Notes: generated by a model not told the origin, from the letters alone. Shown: positions 1-12,657, numbered from the stretch's first letter. The stretch: DNA of 64,000 bases from Octopus vulgaris (GCA_951406725.2 OX597821.1:112282001-112346000); one strand, 5' to 3'. Made by a program: numbers and translations.

Positions 1-345
1 TAACATCACCAAAACCCGGGGTGACCGAAACAGGGTGTGCCATACCAAGGGTAAAAGGGAAAAAAATGTCACATTTAAACGTCAGTATGTTATGTTTGTA
101 CAACTATAAATAGAACCCTCAGCTACCCACAATTCAACGAAGGAACATCGAACGAACATGGTCCTTTGGTCTTCAAGAAATAACAGCCCAGATCTTCCTC
201 ACATTATATCTCATCGCTTGTAATAACACATTGGATCGTTTAGTTATTGATACGCTGTGTTTGAGGGAAATCTATACAAGATGATCACTGATACTGCTCC
301 TTTGATCATAGGTGTGTCCAAACAACAACAACAGCAGCAGCAAGA

Positions 346-592
346 AGCGCAATGGCCCAGTGGTTAGGGCAGCGGACTCGCCGTCGGAGGATCGCGGTTT
401 CGATTCCCAGACCTGCCTTTTGTGTGTGTTTATTGAGCGAAAACACCTAAAGCTCCACGAGGCTCCGGCAGGGGTGGGTGGGTGGCGACCCCTGTCGTAC
501 TCTTTCGCACCAACTTTCTCTCACTCTTTCTTCCTGTTTCTTGTCCCCGACTTCCCACGCAACCGCTGAGCCTGGATGCGCATTCATCCATT
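346..592 (+). mobile_element. tRNA-derived SINE (family C)
   Basis: A-box TGGCCCAGTGG and B-box-like GGTTTCGATTCCC head, followed by a body (ATTGAGCGAAAACACCTAAAGCTC...) that recurs inverted at 20500-20660. Confidence 0.8.
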
Positions 593-1165
593 ACAAGCAC
601 AAGCACATGAAGGCCCAAAACCAATCAATGGTCAAGTTGGGACCTTAATTCTGGCAACGGGTTAAGTATGCTACTTATCAAAAGTGGTGACCACACTTAG
701 GACAACTTACAACCCTTTATGAAAATTCCGCTTACAATAATCATCTAGTTAGAAACTTACAGACAGGACAATTGACCGATTGGACAATTTACCGAAAGAC
801 ATGTCGATATTTTTTTAAAACAACGTAGAAATTACGAAAAAGTTTTATTAGACTTACAAAAAAAAAAAAAAAATTAAAAATAACAGGCCGCATAGTGAAA
901 TCGAACTCAGTACCATATGTTACGAATCCCACCACTTAGACCTCCATGTCTATGTACATATAGAAAAAAACAACCCCCAGAGTTTGTTGTACGTGTGAAC
1001 TGGATACGCGTTTGATGACACTTAAGGATTGCTTAGTTGTTAGTGTAATAAATCTATTTAGGTTTATCGTGTTTGAATATTGTTGGTTCGTGCGATGGAT
1101 TGATGGGGAGGAGGAGGGGGGGTGTTTGAAATCTGTTTCTATTGAAAGGATTGGTAGAAGAGTTT

Positions 1166-1228
<63 letters not shown>

Positions 1229-1502
1229 AAGGTGTGTATGCGTGAGCGTTTACATACGTATGTGTATACACACCACACGCACATACTCAAGCGAATTATA
1301 TACAAATACGCACACGCATAAATATATAGAAACATATTTTACACACGCACACACATATATATACACACACATACGTATATGTATGTATATATATATATAT
1401 ATATATAAATATATATATATACGCGTACACACACACACATTCGCATAATACATATACAAATGACACATACATAGCTATTATATACACGTATGTATGTATG
1501 TA

Positions 1503-1587
<85 letters not shown>

Positions 1588-3440
1588 TATATATATATGT
1601 ATGAATGTACGAATTTGTGCATGTTTGTATGTACTCACACACACACACACACACGTAGAAAAAGAATGATTTACTTAGGCACTCACTCACTGACAGCCCC
1701 GTTTTCACAGAGAACAGAGAATATAGATCGTGAGTAAACACTGAAGACATCAGCAGACACGTATTTGTAACAAAATACACGGTGTTGTAGTATAACCAGT
1801 TTGTGTGTGAGCGTGTGTGTACACTCATACTACACAGATACACCACGTTTCTGTTTATTTTGTTCCTCTTCAGTGTTTTTTTTTTAAACACACATTTTTG
1901 CGTCTCTTATTATTGGGACGCTAAGGGTGGTGGTTTCGTACAAATGTTTTGTGATATTTCTTGCGGCTCTTTACATACTGAGGTCAGACCCTGCCGAGTC
2001 AACTTGCCTCTCTCCTTTTCGGGGGTGGAATGACGATGGGCCAATATAATCGATTTTCTCCGTTCCTCTACTCCTTAAAATTACGGGTCTTGTGTCAAAA
2101 TTAAAAGAGTTACTATTATCAAGAGAGGTGGATTGGTAAAATCGTTACAGTGTCGGGAACTGCGATATTTTATTTCAACTGTGCCCTTCATCCTTTGGTG
2201 ATCAATAAAACGATGTATCAGTCAATCGATGTAATCGACAGATTCCTATCTCAAAATCTGGGTATTCAACCTTTCGGCTATGTATGTATCATACTTAATC
2301 CAAACACATCACAAAAGCCAAATTAACTGCCGTATTCGTCCTGAGATATCATTTATGGACGTGCAGTGTTTAAAACACAAAGATATATCAGCAGCGGACG
2401 AAAATCGTCTAGTGGTGTTGGTGGGAATGCATGGTACGTATTTCTGTCTCTTTGAGCTTTGTCAGTGGCACGTACCCACTGTCAACAGCAACCATAGACA
2501 AAATCTGTCGCCATTGATATCATTTATCCTTTCTTACTCACTCATCAGACTGCAGCCATACTGTGGCACCGCCTTGAAAGATTTTTTTATAATCGAATGA
2601 ATCAACACCAGGACTTGAGTTCTTCTGCTTTTTAAATACTTACAGAAATATAATAGGAACCTCTATAGAAAACATTCAAAGAAACACAGGATAAATGCCT
2701 AACATTCAAACAGGATCAGCCGGCCGTTCAAGGGTACAGTCACGGAAGATCAGCTTCTACGAAATAAAACTTCTCGCCATAAAACGACAATAAAAGTGAT
2801 AGAGAATTAGGGCGATGCCCCAGTATGGCCGCAGCCCTACGACCGAAACGATTAAGAGAATAAAAGAATATGTATCAAGTGAAGGAAGGATCAGGCACGA
2901 CTTAGGTCTAAAGAAGAACAACCACAACCCAGTTAACACAACCATCGCTTTAATCCCCACAGGAAAAAGAGAGGAAAAAAAAAACATACGCGGGTATACC
3001 GAGGGAAGGCTATACAGCCTTCCCTGTTTCTTGTCTATTAACACAATACCTGGGTGGGTGGTAGACGTCACAAGCTCAAACAACATACTTATCAAAAATA
3101 CTTCAGTATTTTCACGGCAGTTCCTTTTATTTCTCTATTTTTATCTGAGCCCTCCCCGTCTTTTGTTAAACTTCGTATACTTTTTTTACCTGATATATAC
3201 CCTCCCCTCTCTCTCTCTCTCGTCATGAATTCATCTCCTCCTACTTCAGTCATAAAGACGTATATATTGGGACTATAGTAGTTTCTTCTATACTTCATTG
3301 CCTCCAATCGGTTAATGTATTTTGTTTGTTCTTGATTTCTTTTTCTCGTTTGTGTGTATGTGTGTGTGTGTAACCTAGGCAGCAAATACTTAAACAGAGC
3401 AAATTAAAGTATTTTTCCGTACAATGGAAACAAAAGAACA

Positions 3441-3488
3441 GCCTAGATCGATTTTTCGAACCTTATTAGGCTCTCATCAGAGATTTCT
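3441..3488 (-). ncRNA. Degenerate hammerhead-ribozyme-like motif
   Basis: Minus strand reads CTGATGA-GAGCCT-AATA-AGGTTC-GAAA: intact core with a 6-bp stem II. Stem III (around palindromic ATCGAT) and stem I are imperfect. Confidence 0.45.
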
Positions 3489-3977
3489 ATATCAACTTGA
3501 CCAATCTCAGAGAAAGAAGCAGTCAATCTGTTAACGTACTACACAAATAATGTAGCTACAGAGAAGTAGAGCAACTAATTTGCATACCATCAGTGTTTAA
3601 CACTACTTTACACACACACACAACAGACAGAAATAATGAAATAATGCTGCTTGCTTTTATGCCTAAGTTACATCTTAACACAGTTTAACTATAAACTGAC
3701 AGAGTACACTATACTGCTTAGTAGGACATTTTTTATTAATTTTCAACCCTTTCCTTGTAAAAGTGATAACTAATGTGAGTGTGTGAGTGCCAGCGCGTGC
3801 ATTTAATGTGAGCTAATTCCGCGTGCTTTTATATGGCTGGCTCTATTTTATTATTTCCTTTCTTTCCTCAAAATATCTGAAGAAGGGGTAAAGTACGAAA
3901 CGTAATCTCATTTCAGTTTTTCCATTAGCCTCAACCTGACTATGAACATCTCTTATTTTTCTTGCTTTATACGTTTG

Positions 3978-4013
<36 letters not shown>

Positions 4014-4208
4014 GATACATGAAAATGTGTAGTTATACATAAAGTAACTTGACTTCTATTTCTAGCAGAGAAAAGCAACCGCTTTAGTGGTAGAAGCTTC
4101 CTCCCACGTTGTCTCCTGGCGTTTGTTGCTGGCTTCGTTTTGCTGATATGCAAAAATACCATGAATGGAACGTAAAAAGAGAGAACGGTCCAGTGTGTGT
4201 GTGTGTGT

Positions 4209-4264
<56 letters not shown>

Positions 4265-4433
4265 GAGACTTCTGATGAACAGAAGAATTCATACGATAAC
4301 AGATATAATCGATTGCTGTCTGTACTTTAAATTTAGCTGGGAATTGATTAAATAAATTTATTCATTGGATGACATTTTCTTTTCCCGGCTTAGAAATATC
4401 GATTTCCAAAAAGGTGTTGTAACAACAAACAAA

Positions 4434-4472
4434 AACAACAACAATAATGATAATAACAACAACAACAACAAC

Positions 4473-4543
<71 letters not shown>

Positions 4544-4636
4544 TAATAATAACAAGAAGAAGAAGAAGAAGAAGAAGAAGAAGAAGAAGAAGAAGAAGAA
4601 GAAGAAGAAGAAGAAGAAGAAGAAGAAGAAGAAGAA
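4434..4636. repeat. Compound microsatellite (AAC)n(AAT)n(AAG)n
   Basis: Directly visible. It explains the poly-N/K/L/R ORFs in the track. Confidence 0.98.
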
Positions 4637-4659
4637 GGGAAATGTGTAAACGGTGGGGG

Positions 4660-4870
4660 GGAAATTCTCGTGAGATTTGATCCTGGAATGAAACTAAAAA
4701 TATTGCCGGGCAAAATATAGACTCCGCCATTGTTGGTATGACATAGATATTGGCGTGTCTACGGCCTCCCCATCGTTGTGGTTGTCATGTGTGTGTCAGG
4801 TGAGATGTGTAGACGAATTAAAAGGAGGTCTGTGATTGGTAGATATTTTCTCGATCGCCGGAAGCAAAAA
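4660..4870. promoter_or_regulatory. Possible promoter / first-exon region
   Basis: Cluster of TCTCGTGAGA (4666, one mismatch to the TCTCGCGAGA palindrome), CCGCCATTGTT (4724, YY1-like), CCGGAAG (4858, ETS-like) and a CAG|GTGAGA donor at 4800. Motif inference only. Confidence 0.25.
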
Positions 4871-4904
4871 AAGCAAAGTAGACCCTAACAAGATGCATAC
4901 ATAC

Positions 4905-4983
<79 letters not shown>

Positions 4984-5185
4984 GTATTTATTTGTAAATC
5001 GCCTTCTTTTACACTTGACTTGAACTGAAAAGCCAGGGGCACGATTTATATGCGAGTAAATATATACATATAGACTGGTTACCCCGCGAATAAAGAATAT
5101 TTATCCGCCAATGCTGTGCTGAGCGCTCATTCTCCTGTTCGATATCAACACACACATATGTGTGTGTGTGTGTGTGTGTGTGTGT

Positions 5186-5234
<49 letters not shown>

Positions 5235-5237
5235 CTG

Positions 5238-5284
<47 letters not shown>

Positions 5285-5401
5285 ACATGTATATAGGATT
5301 TTCGGATAGTGACGTAATGTAATAGGTATAACAATAACTTTTGGTTTTGGTTTACCACTGAAACCTCGGCTTGAACTGCAGCTATATAATGTGTATATGT
5401 C

Positions 5402-5463
<62 letters not shown>

Positions 5464-5470
5464 CACCGTA

Positions 5471-5552
5471 CAGTACTGTTTCTACTTCGCGGATTTTCAC
5501 CCATCACGGAGATTCTTGGAACGTAACACCCGCGATAGTCGAGAGATTACTG
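5471..5552. mobile_element. Tigger/pogo-type MITE
   Basis: TA|CAGTA...TACTG|TA termini with TA target duplication; internal TTCGCGG...CCGCGATAGTCGAG is typical of Tigger-like terminal inverted repeats (TIRs). Confidence 0.65.
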
Positions 5553-6178
5553 TATGTGTGTGAGTGAGTGAGTGAGTGTGTGTGTGTGTGTGTGCCAAGA
5601 GGCGAATAAATTAAGATATCATGACTTAATTTTAGATTCCTTGTTGTTAAACACTTTAAGAAACATTCTAGTAGGGTTTCTTTGTGAAACCCTTTAAATC
5701 CTTATCAGTTTTACAGCGTCTCCCGCTTAATAACGCAGGCATCAGGATCCCTTTATACAAGAGAAACTTCGAAACAATTTATCAGTTTAGCATATTTTCC
5801 AATTAAAGACGAAAATGTTGACGTTGAAAGGTCACACGCTACATACATACACACAAATGCAAAAAAGAAAACCCTCCCGAAAGGTTATCATTAACATCAC
5901 TCTCTCCCTCTTACAGCCAACAAATTAATAATAAGCACCGAGACAAGCATGTTTCTATTTATTTATTTGGGTGTTTGTACAAGTAGAACACATTTATCGA
6001 GTTCACATACAATCCTTCATCCAGGACAACCGAATATCTTGTAGAGATGTTTGGGAGTCGAGGACCCTCTCAAGAGGACATTGGTAGCTTATCAGTGATA
6101 CTGACATTAAATTTCAGGATCTTAGGTCGGTACTGAGTGACGAAGATGCCTTTGTTACTAGCTTTGGCAAATAACCAT

Positions 6179-6209
<31 letters not shown>

Positions 6210-6597
6210 GTATGTATGAACTTGTAAGGCGAATCCCTTTTTGTAAACAAAACACGATTTAAGTTAGTACACGATTTCAAGAACAAGGTTCATAAAACAG
6301 CACCGCCACCATCACCACTGGCACCATTAGTGATAACTGACAAACCTTGTAGCTCTGTGCGTGTTGGAACATGATTTATACTATAAATACAACACAAATA
6401 TCATTCACCAAAATCATAAAGATACTTGCCTTCTCGTCCGGCTAACACGCGCAACCGCACGCGCGCACACACATGTATACATAAGTATAATGCTTGTTTT
6501 TATGTTCAGCAATGATAAAAACAATTTTACATTAACCCGATGGATTACTCTATACTTTTGTCGAGTACAAATTTATTATTCTCAAACAAGAATATGA

Positions 6598-6685
6598 CTG
6601 ACAGTAACTTCGAAGTTTCAGATAGCTAAGCCAGGACAGCCCGACGATGGCTTAGTTAACCGAAACTTCAAACTCATTGTCAATA
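6598..6685. ncRNA. Inverted pair of degenerate hammerhead-like motifs (family 2)
   Basis: Plus strand CCGACGA-TGGCTTAGTTAACC-GAAACTTCAAA (6641-6672). Minus strand TGGCTTAGCTATCT-GAAACTTCGAAGT (6606-6633). The two form a fold-back. Confidence 0.45.
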
Positions 6686-6859
6686 ATAATATAAATAGGC
6701 ATTGGACTTCTGATATGCTGTTAGTAGTGTGCCGATCAAAGCACTTACACTGTATAGGCTACCTGATGCTATTCACAGTTTTTAGTGCCACTGGATCTAC
6801 GTAAGGAATTCTGCAGTGTTCGTTGAGTTTATAACGAAGAGGGAAACGGAAAACGAGTT

Positions 6860-7595
6860 CACGAGAAACCAGTTATGGGCACATGCCCATAAGAATTCAA
6901 ACCTAGCTTCATCGTCGTAATTAAGGACAATGGTTTTAAGTCTTAAGGCGAATATACTTTTTGCTTTTCCTTGCCACTTCAACCCTTGATATGGCCAGTT
7001 CTATCACCATTTCCGTGTGTGACTGTTCTACTCTAAGCTTCTCAATTAATTTGGATAAGTTAGGGTGATGGACATTAACTCTTCTACAGAAGGCGTGATG
7101 CCACCATTCTAGAGAGTTGTTGGTTTTTGGGAGATCATTGAGAACTCGGTTGTAGCACGACCATGAAGAAATGTCGTATAGTGGTCGTCGACGTCTACCA
7201 CATTGTATGATTCCTACCCAAGTGCAGTCAGAATAAGACAGGAATTCCTCTAAAATTTCATCAGTTTAAGCACTTAAAGAATGACGGAATTGTTCAAACA
7301 AAGTAGCTACATCATTAGGTGGTTGGAAAGGTGGATGTACGTGTTCAGAAGGAGTTGTGCTAATTTCGTCATCAATCGTTGTCAGTCTAGCACTGCACAG
7401 TTTACGATTTGCGCATCTCCAATAACTCTTTTCTTTTATTGGTTCTATGAATAATACAGGTGTATCCTTTGTATAGAAGCTTTCTGATTTCTCGTTTCGT
7501 TTTGATGAACTCCGTGATCGATACTTCCGCATGTCGATTTATTGTCCAATCAGTCAATTGTCCAATCGGCGAATTGTCTGTCGACGAATTATCTG
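6860..7595 (-). mobile_element. Mutator-like (MULE) transposase fossil: FLYWCH N-terminus fused by internal deletion to the C-terminal region
   Basis: Frameshifted translation EFIKTKREIRKLLYKGY / KSYWRCANRKLCSARLTT...EHVHP (FLYWCH). It then continues PPNDVATLFEQF...EFLSYSDCTWVG...RRRPLYDISSWSCYNRVLNDLPKTNNSLEWWHHAF...HHPNLSKLIEKLRVEQ...FLWACAHN. TNN.LE.WH and HPN...LIE.L..EQ are MULE hallmarks. A subterminal array (AATTGTCCAATCGG-like repeats) lies at 7541-7595. Confidence 0.88.
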
Positions 7596-7601
7596 CACAC
7601 A

Positions 7602-7725
7602 ATTTAATCGACCCTGAAAGACGAAACGTAAAGTCGACCTCGACGGAATTTGAACTCAGGACGTAAAGTCGGACGAAACGCTGCTGGGCCTGGCATGCTT
7701 ATTATTCTTTCAGCTCGCAGCTTCG
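7602..7725 (-). mobile_element. SINE family A, 5' fragment
   Basis: AAAGTCGACCTCGACGGAATTTGAACTCAGGACGTAAAG matches the other family A copies. Confidence 0.75.
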
Positions 7726-8522
7726 GTGACGGCGATGGTGGTGGTGGCGGTGGTGATGATGATGATGATGACGACGACGACGACGACGATGGTGATGGTG
7801 CAAAATGGAAGTTCAGCGCAGATTATGTGGGATAACGCATTAGAGTCGAGAAATTCTTTATCGGAAAATCTTCGGGGCCGGAGGTGTTCCGGATTTCAGA
7901 ATCATTGTATAGTTGCATCTATATAATAGGATTGAAGCCCGAACATTTTACGCATTTTTATATTTTTATAATACTGCTTGTGTATATACCGTGACGGTAG
8001 CAACTTTACATAAATTTGGCGTTAATCTACTTTCGCACGATATGTTAACAGTTTCGCATTTTCACAAACGCAAATCTACGAAACGTTACCTTTCCACTCT
8101 TTGGTTGTCATCCACAAATCTTCCTGTTGCCCTTTAACTTCAAGTTGTCAACCGCATAAAACAGATATACGTCCATTTTTGCTTCATACACTTTCGTATA
8201 TATATATATATATATGCTCCTACAACTCGGCGCTTTCTGTTTAAAACTAATCTTTCTGAGAGCTTTTAAGAATTTTTCTATTTGTAGCGTTTCACCCACA
8301 TGAAGCAAAATATTAGGGATAAAAAGCATTTCTACACACACACACACACACACACACACAAAGTGGATTTGGGACGTTTTCAAATTTCTTGATTTCGGAA
8401 AAAAATAAACGGGATGGCCCGACTGGAATGTTTTCGATCCTGCGAGTTTGCTCATTGAAAATCGATATGACGCTAAACGGTAACAGTCAGCAACAACGAC
8501 AAAAATATCAAAAGAAAAAAAA

Positions 8523-8741
8523 TGATACCAACCCACTTGAGACCACCACTCCTGGTTCAATGAAACAAGCTTCCTGTTCTAAAATGATCTTGATTAAAAC
8601 CTTCCATCAAAAATTTCATGTTAATTGATGTTCAAAATACCAGATTAATAATGAAGAAGTTATTTTACTAAATTCTACATTATTTCCAAAATTAATTGCA
8701 ACCAGGGTATTTTAACGGGAATATGGTAATAAAATGGTTAA
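8523..8741. mobile_element. TTAA-ending (piggyBac-type) MITE remnant
   Basis: AAAACCTTCCATCAAAATTTCATGTTAATT...GGTAATAAAATGGTTAA. The same sequence recurs twice at 14440-14702 and inverted near 19730-19820 and 20390-20435. Confidence 0.55.
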
Positions 8742-8929
8742 CACATCACAGGCGTGGCTGAATGGTTCGCCTCTTCCTTTTTTTTTTCCTTTTTTCAACT
8801 AAATCTTGCATTTATTTCGTTTCAAGCCTTGTTAACACCTAAACATTGTTACATTCACAACAGAGACAAGACTAAGTTATTATCCTACTTTTATGACTCT
8901 CTTCTCCATCCCTACTCTTCTGCTTACAG

Positions 8930-8931
8930 TT

Positions 8932-8973
<42 letters not shown>

Positions 8974-9540
8974 ATCCTAGCTTTCATTGTATATTTTACC
9001 AGACAAAGAAAAGTAAAGGGCAAATAACGGTGGCGGTATCAGGAGGGGGATATACAGAGCGAACAAATAATCAGGAAAACAAAATACAGGAAAAGAATAA
9101 AGATTTATGAAAGCAAAATAAAAAAAAAAATGTTCAATTAAAACAGTCGCCGCCAGGTAAGAAAGAACCACTGTGGTCGAGCAACTGACCCAGTTCTTGA
9201 GCCAAATAAAAAAAATATGTCCAATCTAACAGAGTTTTCTAAAATCACTGGAGCTTTCTGAAGTTTCGTTACATTGCTTTAATCTTAAAGTATGGATATT
9301 TATCATACTCCTCCGCAAACTAAATCCACCATGCCCATCCGCACTGAAACAAGGTTGGTTCAAAAAAATCTGATGTCCCGTGTTTCTAAGGCTAACGTAT
9401 AGAATTTTCTGGATAGGACAAAGGAGACGATGTATTCATTTCGTGAATTCTTACCAATCTTACAGGTATACTTTCTACATGTACAACATCGATTTTCTGG
9501 TTGCAAAACCCTTTCCCGATTACTGAACACATTCTAAATT
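8930..9540 (-). mobile_element. Possible decayed Tx1/L1-group LINE 3' end
   Basis: Broken minus-strand translation ...QPCFSADGHGGFSLRRSMINIHTLRLKQ... resembles the post-RT 'P...GGLGL...LRL' motif. A pyrimidine-rich tail and a (TAG)n run follow. Confidence 0.3.
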
Positions 9541-9900
9541 AAACAAAGGTACTTTTTGATTATGTCACTCCCATTAATAAATTGCCATTAAAAAACTGAG
9601 TTATCTCCCCACTAAAAAGTTAAGTTTATGAGGCGACAAGAGATTGGATTAAAAGGGTTCGATCGTTTTGATTCAATACTTTTGACCTCCTCAATAGGAA
9701 TGGTAGGATTTGTTATAAAAATATTTCAGATTCAGTTTTCATGTTTATTAATCTTTTCACTTTTTTTTTTTTGAGGGTCAAACAATTTTTTAGCTGGGGG
9801 AGATAACCAAAAGTACCGATATTTCTCGTAAAATAGGGGGAGATAATCTAATATTTTTAATGGGGATGAAACAGCAAAAAGTTAGCAAATTTAATTAGTC
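9535..9900. mobile_element. Decayed fold-back MITE
   Basis: CCATTAAAAAACTGAGTTATCTCCCC (~9585-9610) is mirrored by GGGGAGATAATCTAATATTTTTAATGG (~9837-9863), with a second GGGGAGATAA at ~9797. Confidence 0.4.
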
Positions 9901-10039
9901 AAATGAAACAAAGGTATTTGTACATTAGTGTAAATTAGTGCTGATTATAAGGGGTCCAGAAAGTCAGTGTTGTTCCTGTACTTCAGTTAACAAACTTGGA
10001 ATTTTCCTACATCTAAGCTGTACTTTATCCATCAATGAA

Positions 10040-10200
10040 GGCGCGTGGTTCAGTGGTTGGGGTACTCGGCTCGCGATCATAAGTCCATGAGTTCGATTCC
10101 TAGCAATGCATTTGTGACCTTGAGCATTTCACGTTATTCCAGTCTGCTCAGCTGACAAAAATGAGTTGTATGTGTAATTCAAAAGGGCCAACCATGTCAC
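10040..10200 (+). mobile_element. CORE-type tRNA SINE (family D), decayed 5' part
   Basis: TGGTTCAGTGGTT...GAGTTCGATTCC...CCTTGAGC..TTTCACGTT..CCAG..CTCAGCTG..AAAATGAGT, homologous to 60105-60441. Confidence 0.7.
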
Positions 10201-11189
10201 ATTCTGTGTCACGCAGAATCAGCCCCAAAACTGCATCATCTCACGAGCCAGGCTGTTCCCTTAATCGTACCAACTGGAATCTTCGTCATCGTAACCAACG
10301 CAGTGCCAGTTACATTGTCCATCAACAAACTCCAAGGTATAGCTGGAACAGCGCTGCTTCTCTCGTGAATACGTGAGTATCCTTCTGGACAAAGGACATG
10401 TTGAATGCTCAGAGATTTTTCTGTCAATGCGCAACGGTGGGAACGAAAACAATAAAGAACGTTGTTTGTAAAGCGACTCTTTATTTTGAGATATTGTTTT
10501 GCCGGAAGGAAGACAGTTTTTACAAACCGAATATCTCTATTAGAAACACTACAGTATTGGTAAACATTATGGGTCAATATATTTGCAGAATTACGTTTGT
10601 CTTTTTTTTTTTTTCTAAGAAATTGACCAATACCTGAAGCTTCTGTTTCCCGAGCGATGCCGGAAATCCAACCAATTTGTGTATGTGTGTTGTGTGTATG
10701 CCATCGTGTGTGTACACGCACACATATGTAGGTATACACACACACATCCACATGAATAGAGATACACATATATACACACATTCATTCATATCGTTGCTAT
10801 AATGCAAAATTACGTCCAAAACGTTGCTTTTTCAGAAAACGAAAAAAAATAGTTTCACCATTCTATAGCAAAACCATTGTACTACATTTTCACAAGTTTT
10901 GATATTTTGGCATCTGAAGCAGCGGGAGATACGATACATTGACCAAAAGAACCGACTATTGCAAGCAAAAACAAATATTGAAAACAAACGCATTTGGCCA
11001 AGTTTGGACATACGACAGTAAAACATTATAGCAACGATATATACAGATATGTGTGTGTATGTATGTACATACATACGTATGTATGTATACATACATGTAT
11101 ATATATATATATATACACACACACACATACATACATATATATACACACATACACACGTACACACAATCATAATACATATATGTATATTT

Positions 11190-11360
11190 ACTTTTAATAT
11201 TTTACTTGCTTCAGTCCTTAGGCTGCGGCCATGCTGGGGCACCACCTTGAATTATTTTTTTTGTAGTCGAATGAAACGACCCCAATCTTTTTTTCTTTTA
11301 AAGCCTGATACTTATTCTATCGATTTCTCTTGCCGAACCGCTAAGTTATGAAGACGCAAA
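11190..11360 (-). mobile_element. SINE family B, 3' part
   Basis: TTCAGTC...CTGCGGCCATGCTGGGGCACC...GCCGAACCGCTAAGTTA. Confidence 0.8.
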
Positions 11361-11468
11361 CATACATACATGTGTGTATACATGTATGTATGTATGTACA
11401 CACAAAATGGAATTAGTAACGGAATAAGGCTGCTAGGTGCGCGCGTACAGACACACACACATATACAC

Positions 11469-11525
<57 letters not shown>

Positions 11526-12049
11526 CACTAATAGATCTAAATAAGTTGGATGCACATACACCGATTACACCTACTGATAGATCTAAATAAGTTGTTTGAT
11601 GCACATACACCCACACCCACACACACACACACACACAGCAGAGAGTTAGTGAAGGAGTAAGTCCTACGATAGGAACACGTATCATATTCATTAGTAACAG
11701 TGTAAGCAGCTGATAAGTGGGGTTTGTTCATATCGCAAGATTTGCTTAACAGACGGTGTCGGCAACTTAACATACAAATGTTACAAATGTTCAGGGAGAG
11801 TTTCAACAAGGGAGTTAATCGTTTCTCCGGCGGCTCTTATTCGAGCAACTTTGTTGTTTTATTAACACTCTTTCTTCTCTCTTACATAATCCCCCCCTCC
11901 GTTATTTTCTGAACACCCCACAGCAACAATTATGATTATTACATGAAGCTAACCACCAAACAGAATCTACTCATCGCCATTGCACACACACAAACGAATC
12001 TTCTTTTTCTTTCTACAGAAGATTAGATTTCTTCTGTATGCGAAAGTGA

Positions 12050-12220
12050 AGTCGGGTGTGTAGTGAACACGATTGCTTTCCAACCAAATGGTTTTTGGTT
12101 CAGTCCCACTGCGTGAAACCATGGGCAAGCGTCTTCTACTATAACCCCAGGCCGACCAAAGCTTTGCAAGTGGATTTAGTAAACGGAAACTGAAAGAATC
12201 CCGTCGAATATGTGTATGTG
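12050..12220 (+). mobile_element. SINE family B, 5' part
   Basis: GGTTCAGTCCCACTGCGTG..CATGGGCAAG..TCTTCTACTATA...GGAAACTGAAAGAA. Confidence 0.8.
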
Positions 12221-12239
12221 TGTGTTAAATGAGACAACA

Positions 12240-12355
12240 AAGCCAAGGGTGTGTGTAGTTTTCAGGACATTTATAAAGAGAAAGTTAGCCTTACAGCTGT
12301 TTCTGAGATATTAGGGATATCCTTACATCAAAGATGATGTGACATGGTTAAATAG
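12240..12355 (-). mobile_element. Second copy of the hammerhead-bearing repeat (family 1), core mutated
   Basis: Minus strand TTGATGT-AAGGATAT-CCCTA-ATATCTCA-GAAACAGCTGTAAGGC...CTTTCTCTTTATAAATGTCCTGAAAACTA is collinear with 63880-63990. Confidence 0.8.
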
Positions 12356-12454
12356 AGGGAACTACGGTCCTTCCATAGAACTTACATAGCGCTACCTGCC
12401 ACCTTAGGTCTTCTGAATACCAATACCCCTCATATATATATATATTATATATAT

Positions 12455-12657
12455 ATTCTTTTATTTGTTTCAGTAATTCCACTGCGGCCATGCTGGAGCA
12501 CCGCCTGTAGTCGAACAAATCGGCCCAAGGACTTATTCTTTGTAAGCCACACCAGCATATGATAGTAAACACTTGTCCTAAATACCATGCAATGAGACTG
12601 AACCCGGAACCAGGCGGTTGGGAAACAAAGTTCTTACCACAAAGCTTCACCTGCCCC
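12455..12657 (-). mobile_element. SINE family B, internally deleted
   Basis: Both family B ends are present; the central part is missing. Confidence 0.75.

Noticed and set aside
10217-10372. Possible plus-strand exon (CAG|...AC|GTGAGT) with an open frame
   Set aside because: The acceptor lies in SINE-derived sequence with a weak pyrimidine tract and the peptide is unrecognisable; support is insufficient.
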